Source: Candidatus Iainarchaeum sp. (GTDB lineage: Archaea; Iainarchaeota; Iainarchaeia; Iainarchaeales; CSSED10-239). From it: a DNA stretch of 5,991 nt. The notes beneath the pieces are model-generated. The model made no database searches. It worked only from the letters and a program-made list of their open reading frames with translations, and was not told where the DNA came from. Each line of letters starts with the position of its first letter. The first letter of the stretch is position 1. This document shows positions 1 to 4,793 of the stretch, piece by piece. The position numbers were made by a program, and so were the translations under genes. The DNA lies in contig PWLL01000057.1 in NCBI GenBank assembly GCA_003559395.1, forward strand, positions 1 to 5,991. Direction: 5' to 3'.

Positions 1-1
1 A

Positions 2-412
2 GAGTGGAGAGATGATGAAGGGAATATTGATTATGAAAAACATTATGCTGTAGTTAGTTGGTTTGAAACTGATTATGATAGACCTGAAACTAGAATGGTT
101 GAATACGAAGTATGTGATGATTATGAAAAAGAGATTAATTGTAGGATTGAGAGGTTTGAAGAAGAATATTTTCCTCACGAAAAAGAAGTGTTTGGTTTTA
201 ATGTAGAAACAAGGATTGCTGAAATGGAAGGAATGCATTGGGAATTATGGGGTTTTGTTAAAACAATACAAACCCAAATAACAAACATATTAAACAGGTT
301 GACTGGAGCAGAAGCAAGAATAGAAAGTTTAGAAGCAGAAAATGTTTTAATCAAAAACGAATTATGCGAAAAGGATAATTCGTATTCTTGGTGTAGAACC
401 ATAATAAAATAA
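2..412 (+). CDS. 3' end of a hypothetical acidic protein with a coiled-coil C-terminus (5'-truncated by the window edge)
   Basis: Frame 2 is open from nt 2; EWRDDEGNIDYEKHYAVVSWFETDYDRPETR precedes the Met at 95. No purine-rich RBS precedes ATG 95, so the gene probably starts upstream of the window. Stop TAA at 410-412. The protein is D/E-rich. The stretch TQITNILNRLTGAEARIESLEAENVLIKNEL looks heptad-like. No family recognised. Confidence 0.6.
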   Translation, partial: EWRDDEGNIDYEKHYAVVSWFETDYDRPETRMVEYEVCDDYEKEINCRIERFEEEYFPHEKEVFGFNVETRIAEMEGMHWELWGFVKTIQTQITNILNRLTGAEARIESLEAENVLIKNELCEKDNSYSWCRTIIK

Positions 413-433
413 TGGGGTTAAAGTTGATTAGAA

Positions 434-520
434 ATGATACTAGAACCAATTAGTTTTGTTCTAAGCATTCTAACCTTAGCTCCTATATTAACATTAATCA
501 TTTTGCGAACAAGTCCCTAA
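434..520 (+). CDS. Possible 28-aa hydrophobic mini-protein (MILEPISFVLSILTLAPILTLIILRTSP), speculative
   Basis: ATG 434 to TAA 518-520, translated by hand. It is a single hydrophobic stretch followed by Arg. The only upstream purine run is GGGG at 414-417, about 16 nt upstream, which is poor spacing. It is too short to separate from chance in AT-rich DNA. Confidence 0.15.
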   Translation: MILEPISFVLSILTLAPILTLIILRTSP

Positions 521-532
521 TAATAGAAACAA

Positions 533-557
533 TTATATACAAGTTCGGTATATAAAT
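533..557 (+). promoter_or_regulatory. Candidate archaeal-type TATA boxes upstream of the 1148-aa gene
   Basis: TTATATA at 533-539 and TATATAAAT at 549-557 lie in the 202-nt non-coding spacer. The second box is about 60 nt upstream of ATG 615. That would place a start site near 580 and leave a short leader containing GTGAT (605-609, part of the GGAGGTGATC-type SD). This is motif-level evidence only, in AT-rich DNA. Confidence 0.3.
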
Positions 558-614
558 TATTATGTTTTCAAAAATAATCGAAAAACAAAAAACTATTAAT
601 AATAGTGATGTTTA

Positions 615-3600
615 ATGGGAAGCTATAGTTATTTCAAACCAGCTGCACAACCCAGTGTCCCTTCTTGGTTTAAACCAGGTGTTGTTGCTGCGGCCACCAA
701 AAAAGTAGAACAACACACTGGTAGGTCTTTTATTAGTGGTAGTGGTGGAACAATTTCTAGTGGTGCTGGTGTTTCTAGAGGCAGTGGTGGTTCTGCACCC
801 GCTAGACCTGCTCCAATTACTTATTCTTCTAGTTTGTTAGGCCAAACATTTACAAGCAAAGACGCATTACAAAAAGCTGAAACCCAATACAAACAACAAC
901 AAGCAGAAATTGCTCGTCAAGAACAAGTAAAAAAAAGCGAAGACTTGAGAAAAACCTTGACACAAAAAGATTTCGAAACAAGACAATTTCGAGCAAGTCT
1001 AATGGCTGATGATGTATCAAGAACAATTCCAGCAAGCCAATTATTATCACAACAAGATACTAGAATGATTACCCCTCCTCCTCCAAGCACAAGAACCATA
1101 AAAGACAGGTACAAAATAGCAGAAGCTACTAGACAACCAGGTTGGATGAGAACAAGACTAGCTTACGGAAAACTTGGTCAAACAACAGGAACTTTTAGTT
1201 TATTAGGCGATTATGACGAAAAAAAACAAGCTGAATTAGAAAAAGATATTGAAAAAAAAACTGGTGAAATCGAAGCTCGTCAAGAAAGATATGAAAAAGC
1301 TAAAAAAGAAGCTACTAGAGATGATGAAAAATTACAAGAAGACTTAAAATTGTTGGATGAAAGAATCAAAAAAACAACTACTTATTGGCAAGAAAGAGAC
1401 ATAGAACCTGATAAACCAGGCATTACTCTTAGTGAAGAAGATTACAAGATTTATAAAACACAAACGATTCCTCTTTTAGAAAGATACCAAAAACAAGCCG
1501 ATGATTTAAAATATAAAATAGATGTTAGAAAATCCAAGTTACAGACTGTTGAATCTCTTGGTTTTGATGTTCGTTGGAGACAAAAAGATTTTGAAGATAA
1601 ATATGGAGAAGTTTTTAGTGCTGCTGATGATTTCGAAAAATCAAGAAAAGAATTGAGTGGTTACGGTTTGGATGCTGAAAAAATTAGGGGTTATGATATT
1701 GACAAAGCTGAATATGATTATTCTCCTTTTCAAAAAGGAAACCTTGATTTGGTTGCGAGTGGTGGTCTTGCTTTTTCTACTATTACTGGAAAAAAAGAAG
1801 AGTTAACAGAACCCGTTTTGAGAACACAAAAAGATATTGATACTCTAAAAACGTTTGGTGGTCAAAGAGCGTATAGAGAAACTTTGTTAAAACCTTTTGA
1901 TCCTATTGATGCTGGTTCTAGGATTGCTTCAAGTGCTATGGTTGTTGGGGGTATTGGTGCTGTTGGTGGGAGTGCTATAGGTTCAGGAATACCTTTAATA
2001 GGTACTGGTATTGGTGCGGTTAGTGGTTTTGTGGTTGGAGCTAAAGCTGGTGCTGTTGGTGGTATAGCTGATGTTGTTGCTAGTGAAACTGTTGGTCGTG
2101 TTTATGGTGATGAAAAGATTGGTCGGACTGCTGGTTTTGTTGCTGGTATTGTTGGTACTGTTGGAGCATCAAAATATTTTATGGGTAAAGAGTTTGCTAA
2201 GCGGACTGTTGTTAAAACACTAAAACCTACTATTGCACAACAAGTTCTTGAACAACGGGTTGTTGAAGGAAAAATTGTGACTGGTAAAGGATTGGTTAAA
2301 GGACAAATAATCCAACCTTATGAAATCAAGGTTTTGGCTAGTCAAGGAAAAATTGATAAGTTTATTGCTAAAGGTGTTTCAAAATTAACTGGTAAACCAC
2401 CAAAAACTGTTTTGAAAACTATTACTAGAGAACAAAAATTTATTGTTGAACAAGAATTAGATTTTATAGCTAAACAAGGACTAACAGTTTATCCTAGTGG
2501 AGATTTGGCTGCGACATCTAAACTTCCTGTTATTGGTGGTAAAAAAACTTTTTTTATAGCAGAATCTATTGCACCAACAACCAAGATTATTGAAACAACC
2601 AAGACAAGTCCTTTTAGAGAAAAACTTGCTAGTTTTATTATTCCAGGCAAAACAAAAGGTTTGGCTGCACAAGATGGAACAAAGTTTCAAAATTTTTGGA
2701 TTGACAAACCAAAAACAGTAACCCAAAAAATTGCTAGTCGTGTTAGAGGAGAAAAATTTGTTGACGATTCTTATTTCAGAGACATGGGGTTTTATCAACC
2801 AGTTTATCAAACTAGAGATGGTCGAGTTTTAACTTTCGTTGACAAGGTGAGCACGGTTTCGACTCCTAGAGGAATACAAATTACTCGTATGGTGGATTTG
2901 AAAGATGGTAAAGAGTTTTTGGGGACTTCTGGTTTTTGGGATTTTGGGAAAAAATTAACAGCAACACAGTTTGTTGGTAAAAGATTACCCGAAATCCTTA
3001 AACCCAGTGGTTCCAAAATCTTGTCTATTACTGGAGAAAAACCTCTTGCGTTGCCTGGAATAGTAACAGGAAAAGGAGTAACGAGTATGAGTTTTGCAGA
3101 AGCTTCTAAACAATTAACTCAACAAAAAGCGTTGTCTGTAGTGGCTAGTGGTCAGTTAAAACAAGTTAGTTTGGGTATACAAAAAGATGTGAGTGCTAGG
3201 AGTCTTGGTATTGTTGCTCCTGGTTATTTAAAGTCGAGTTATGGTGGTGGTATAGTATTGGCTAAAGCTGGTAGGATTAGAGGTTATGACGGTGCTGTGG
3301 ATTATACTGATGTTGGTGTTGATAGTGTTGGAACAGTTTCTAGACCAGCGAGTTTGTCTACACCGAGTGTTGGTGGCTTGACTAGTATTGATTTTAAAGA
3401 GCGTGTTGATGTTGGTGTGAAAGATGTTTTTGTTGATAGGACTAAGGTGTTTCAACCTTACAAAGTTTTTTCTCCTACAATTTCGAAAGTGGTTGTTGGT
3501 CAAAAACTTGGTTATGATAAGGTTGATAGGTTTAGGGTTGATGGTAAGATAGTTGATAGGTTGGATACTTCTCAAGATACTAGGCTTGTTGATAGGCTTG

Positions 3601-4061
3601 GCTTGGGTCAAGGAACTATTATGCAGGTTGGACAAGTTACGATGCAAGATACTAGGCTTGTTGATAGGTTAAGTTTAGTTGATAGGTTGGATACTCCAAG
3701 ACCAGTGATCGATTTTAAAATAAAAATCTCTCCACCAATCCCTCCACCTATTGTTGGTGGTGGCCTGCCTGGTTTTGGTAGGTTTGATGTTGGGTTTGGA
3801 GTGCCTAAACAACCGAGAAGAAGAAAAGCGGGTAGGGTTAGTCCTTTGTTTGCTATTAAAAGCGATTTTTATAGGAAGTTTGTTACAGGAGAAAAAGATT
3901 TGTTAGTATCAAAAGAAAACGTTGCGTTAGTAAAGGGTTTGAGAGCAAGAAAGGGTTCTTTGTTAGCGTTTATTCCGACAAAAGAATTGTTGGCTAAGAA
4001 AAAAAAGAGTAGAAAGAGTTTTTGGGAGGATTCTGGATGGTTGAAGAAGTTCGGTCTTTAA
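615..4061 (+). CDS. Large (1148 aa) mosaic structural-type protein of unknown family; candidates are a virion fibre or ejection protein, or a tape-measure-like protein
   Basis: Uninterrupted 3447-nt ORF. ATG 615 is the first start after the in-frame TGA at 606-608. GTGAT lies 5 nt upstream. Codon usage is consistent along the ORF. There is no signal peptide, no Walker A motif and no catalytic motif I recognise. Stop TAA at 4059-4061. Confidence 0.93.
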   Translation: MGSYSYFKPAAQPSVPSWFKPGVVAAATKKVEQHTGRSFISGSGGTISSGAGVSRGSGGSAPARPAPITYSSSLLGQTFTSKDALQKAETQYKQQQAEIARQEQVKKSEDLRKTLTQKDFETRQFRASLMADDVSRTIPASQLLSQQDTRMITPPPPSTRTIKDRYKIAEATRQPGWMRTRLAYGKLGQTTGTFSLLGDYDEKKQAELEKDIEKKTGEIEARQERYEKAKKEATRDDEKLQEDLKLLDERIKKTTTYWQERDIEPDKPGITLSEEDYKIYKTQTIPLLERYQKQADDLKYKIDVRKSKLQTVESLGFDVRWRQKDFEDKYGEVFSAADDFEKSRKELSGYGLDAEKIRGYDIDKAEYDYSPFQKGNLDLVASGGLAFSTITGKKEELTEPVLRTQKDIDTLKTFGGQRAYRETLLKPFDPIDAGSRIASSAMVVGGIGAVGGSAIGSGIPLIGTGIGAVSGFVVGAKAGAVGGIADVVASETVGRVYGDEKIGRTAGFVAGIVGTVGASKYFMGKEFAKRTVVKTLKPTIAQQVLEQRVVEGKIVTGKGLVKGQIIQPYEIKVLASQGKIDKFIAKGVSKLTGKPPKTVLKTITREQKFIVEQELDFIAKQGLTVYPSGDLAATSKLPVIGGKKTFFIAESIAPTTKIIETTKTSPFREKLASFIIPGKTKGLAAQDGTKFQNFWIDKPKTVTQKIASRVRGEKFVDDSYFRDMGFYQPVYQTRDGRVLTFVDKVSTVSTPRGIQITRMVDLKDGKEFLGTSGFWDFGKKLTATQFVGKRLPEILKPSGSKILSITGEKPLALPGIVTGKGVTSMSFAEASKQLTQQKALSVVASGQLKQVSLGIQKDVSARSLGIVAPGYLKSSYGGGIVLAKAGRIRGYDGAVDYTDVGVDSVGTVSRPASLSTPSVGGLTSIDFKERVDVGVKDVFVDRTKVFQPYKVFSPTISKVVVGQKLGYDKVDRFRVDGKIVDRLDTSQDTRLVDRLGLGQGTIMQVGQVTMQDTRLVDRLSLVDRLDTPRPVIDFKIKISPPIPPPIVGGGLPGFGRFDVGFGVPKQPRRRKAGRVSPLFAIKSDFYRKFVTGEKDLLVSKENVALVKGLRARKGSLLAFIPTKELLAKKKKSRKSFWEDSGWLKKFGL
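1212..1544 (+). other. K/E/Q-rich predicted coiled-coil region of the 1148-aa protein (aa ~200-310; a shorter one at aa ~80-125, nt 852-989)
   Basis: Sequences such as DEKKQAELEKDIEKKTGEIEARQERYEKAKKEATRDDEKLQEDLKLLDERIKK and KDALQKAETQYKQQQAEIARQEQVKKSEDLRK are charged, helix-favouring and free of Pro/Gly. Judged by eye; no coiled-coil predictor was run. Confidence 0.5.
1923..2171 (+). other. Glycine-zipper / GxxxG-rich hydrophobic segment (aa 437-519), a putative membrane-inserting hairpin
   Basis: IASSAMVVGGIGAVGGSAIGSGIPLIGTGIGAVSGFVVGAKAGAVGGIADVVA is about 53 residues with one Lys and one Asp as its only charges. A second stretch follows, TAGFVAGIVGTVGAS. The DNA is low-complexity GGT/GTT/GCT, with repeats TGCTGTTGGTGG (1958-1969 and 2051-2062) and GGTATTGGTGC (1950-1960 and 2008-2018). 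Confidence 0.7.
3522..3695 (+). repeat. In-frame VDR(L) repeat array with perfect 24-nt and 20-nt direct repeats inside the 1148-aa gene
   Basis: GTTGATAGG (Val-Asp-Arg) occurs at 3522, 3552, 3588, 3660 and 3678, plus an outlier at 3432, all in the coding frame. CAAGATACTAGGCTTGTTGATAGG is perfect at 3573-3596 and 3645-3668. TAGTTGATAGGTTGGATACT is perfect at 3550-3569 and 3676-3695. Confidence 0.9.
3807..4058 (+). other. Basic C-terminal tail of the 1148-aa protein, preceded by a PPIPPP hinge (3732-3749)
   Basis: KQPRRRKAGRVSPLFAIKSDFYRKFVTGEKDLLVSKENVALVKGLRARKGSLLAFIPTKELLAKKKKSRKSFWEDSGWLKKFGL is strongly K/R-rich. Its function (nucleic-acid or membrane-surface binding) is only inferred. 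Confidence 0.5.
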
Positions 4062-4177
4062 AAAAACGTTTGAAACGTAAGGGTTTGTTGATGGGTTTGG
4101 AGTGTTTGTCTCCTGAAGAAGAAGCTATTATTCAAAAGAACTTGTTGTATAGGTTAAAGAGGAGTATGAGAAAATGA
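4037..4177 (+). CDS. Unlisted 46-aa basic protein (MVEEVRSLKKRLKRKGLLMGLECLSPEEEAIIQKNLLYRLKRSMRK)
   Basis: Translated by hand; it falls below the ORF-track size cutoff. GGGAGGA at 4024-4030 lies 6 nt before ATG 4037. The ORF overlaps the last 25 nt of the giant gene. Its TGA (4175-4177) overlaps ATG 4174 of the next gene as ATGA. It fills an otherwise 112-nt gap in a tightly packed operon. It has 13 K/R against 6 E. An alternative internal start at ATG 4091 is possible. Confidence 0.5.
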   Translation: MVEEVRSLKKRLKRKGLLMGLECLSPEEEAIIQKNLLYRLKRSMRK

Positions 4178-4383
4178 ATTTTTTGTACGGTTTCATAATG
4201 TTTTTTATTGGATTGATTACTATTGTTGCTTTTCTTCCAATGTATAACGAGGTTATTTCACTTATCCCTTATTCGGGTATTGTTATTACTTTGTGTGGGG
4301 TAATGGTTTTGTTACTCGTAGTTGGTTTAATTTATCGTTTATACGCTGATAGCGTTTATACTGGTACAGGAGGGAGAATATGA
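4174..4383 (+). CDS. Small two-TM hydrophobic protein, paralogue A (69 aa); candidate capsid or membrane protein, or a holin-like protein
   Basis: GAGGAG at 4159-4164 lies 9 nt upstream of ATG 4174. Two hydrophobic helices are present, FLYGFIMFFIGLITIVAFLPM and IVITLCGVMVLLLVVGLIYRLY. It shares the block IGLIxIVAFLPxxN with the next gene. Its stop TGA (4381-4383) overlaps the next ATG. Confidence 0.85.
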   Translation: MNFLYGFIMFFIGLITIVAFLPMYNEVISLIPYSGIVITLCGVMVLLLVVGLIYRLYADSVYTGTGGRI

Positions 4384-4637
4384 ATTGGTTAAACAAACGA
4401 GGTCAAGGAAGCATTTTTTCGTTTTTCACCTTGTTAATCGGGTTGATTTTAATCGTGGCTTTTTTGCCATTGTTGAACGACTTGGTTGCTATTGGTGTTG
4501 CGAGTAATATGAGTGCTCTTGGTTTTGGGTCAATAATTAATTTGATGCTTGGGATGACAGGAATACTTTTAGTATTATTGTTTTTCATGGGTGTTATTAG
4601 TGATTTCCAAACAAGACAACAATATTATGGACCATAA
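4380..4637 (+). CDS. Small two-TM hydrophobic protein, paralogue B (85 aa)
   Basis: AGGAGGG at 4368-4374 lies 5 nt upstream of ATG 4380, which forms an ATGA overlap with the upstream stop. It has a short basic N-terminus (NKRGQGS). Its two helices are IFSFFTLLIGLILIVAFLPLL and IINLMLGMTGILLVLLFFMGVI. Stop TAA at 4635-4637. Confidence 0.85.
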   Translation: MNWLNKRGQGSIFSFFTLLIGLILIVAFLPLLNDLVAIGVASNMSALGFGSIINLMLGMTGILLVLLFFMGVISDFQTRQQYYGP

Positions 4638-4651
4638 AATGGTTTTTTTTT
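4631..4651 (+). terminator. Short hairpin plus T-run at the end of the operon
   Basis: ACCAT (4631-4635), AAA loop, ATGGT (4639-4643), running into a T9 tract (4643-4651) immediately after the stop codon. The stem is only 5 bp. The T-run alone would fit archaeal oligo-T termination. Confidence 0.5.
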
Positions 4652-4668
4652 GGGAAGCTTGAACAAAG

Positions 4669-4678
4669 TTTTTTTTTT
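4669..4678 (+). terminator. Second oligo-T tract (T10), a possible back-up terminator
   Basis: T10 at 4669-4678 with no convincing upstream hairpin. A third tract, T8, lies at 4751-4758 in a similar context (AAAGTTTTTTTTGA). Confidence 0.35.
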
Positions 4679-4689
4679 GAGGAGAATGA

Positions 4690-4701
4690 GTGTGTGTGTG
4701 T
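4690..4701. repeat. (GT)6 dinucleotide microsatellite in the intergenic region
   Basis: GTGTGTGTGTGT read directly at 4690-4701, between the T10 tract and the LamG gene. Function unknown. Confidence 0.9.
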
Positions 4702-4780
4702 AATATTGGTTCGATGGTTGGGAGACCTTTTGCAGGTAAGAAGAAGAAAGTTTTTTTTGAAGAAACAGAATCTTTTGTTA

Positions 4781-4786
4781 AGGAGG
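4781..4786 (+). promoter_or_regulatory. Shine-Dalgarno site of the LamG-domain gene
   Basis: AGGAGG at 4781-4786 (extended context AAGGAGGAT), 7 nt before ATG 4794. Confidence 0.7.
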
Positions 4787-4793
4787 ATTCTTT

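Noticed and set aside
175-402. 75-aa ORF on the minus strand
   Set aside because: It lies entirely antisense to the better-supported + strand CDS (2..412). It has no RBS-like signal, and its composition is what is expected from reading an A/G-rich coding strand backwards.
416-475. Possible stem-loops (GGTTA/TAACC, TTAGAA/TTCTAA, TAGAAC/GTTCTA) suggesting a small RNA or att site
   Set aside because: The stems are only 5-6 bp, AT-rich, and have large loops. No tRNA-like cloverleaf and no matching direct repeat occurs elsewhere in the window.
850-1114. Two overlapping minus-strand ORFs (66 and 65 aa)
   Set aside because: Both are antisense to the coiled-coil region of the 1148-aa gene. Their L/F/V-rich translations are the mirror of K/E/Q codons, and they overlap each other in different frames. 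They are spurious.
1219-2555. Long homopolymers inside the giant CDS as programmed slippage or premature-termination sites (A8 at 1219-1226, A9 at 1252-1260, A7-C-T7 at 2541-2555)
   Set aside because: Such runs are expected from Lys (AAA) and Phe (TTT) codons in AT-rich genes. No alternative-frame ORF of meaningful length continues from them, so nothing supports a programmed event.
2643-2654. P-G-K-T resembling a Walker A / P-loop in the giant protein
   Set aside because: The context ASFIIPGKTKG does not satisfy [AG]xxxxGK[ST]: Ser, not Gly/Ala, sits five residues before the Gly. No Walker B or other NTPase motif follows.
2481-3016. Minus-strand ORFs of 109 and 69 aa
   Set aside because: They are antisense shadows inside the uninterrupted 3.4-kb + strand ORF. 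Their sequence is low-complexity and Cys/Asn/Phe-rich, with no start-site signals.
3228-3647. 139-aa minus-strand ORF
   Set aside because: It is antisense to the GTT/GGT-rich part of the giant gene, so it reads as an N/T/I-rich low-complexity string. Its length is explained by the absence of TTA/CTA/TCA triplets in the relevant register of the + strand here, so the antisense frame meets no stop codon. That does not indicate coding.
4175-4383. Alternative genetic code (TGA = Trp, Mollicutes-like), given the low GC and TGA stops
   Set aside because: All Trp codons in the 1148-aa and LamG genes are TGG, and no in-frame TGA occurs in over 1500 codons. Reading through the TGAs would add only a few codons before TAA. 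The standard code fits.
4380-4445. Class III (type IV pilin / archaellin-like) signal peptide in the 85-aa protein (NKRG|QGSIFSFFTLLIGLILIV)
   Set aside because: A basic residue, then Gly, then a hydrophobic helix is superficially pilin-like. However, the residues after the putative cleavage site (QGS) fit the motif poorly. The paralogue lacks any charged N-terminus. Both proteins also have a second hydrophobic helix in place of a globular pilin domain.
4403-4588. 61-aa minus-strand ORF
   Set aside because: It is antisense to the 85-aa two-TM gene, which itself has a strong SD, an ATGA coupling and a paralogue supporting the + strand reading.
4679-4703. GAGGAG followed by ATG AGT GTG TGT GTG TAA (5-codon ORF over the GT repeat)
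   Set aside because: The SD-to-ATG spacing is only 1 nt and the ORF is 5 codons. It is most likely a coincidence of the purine run and the microsatellite.
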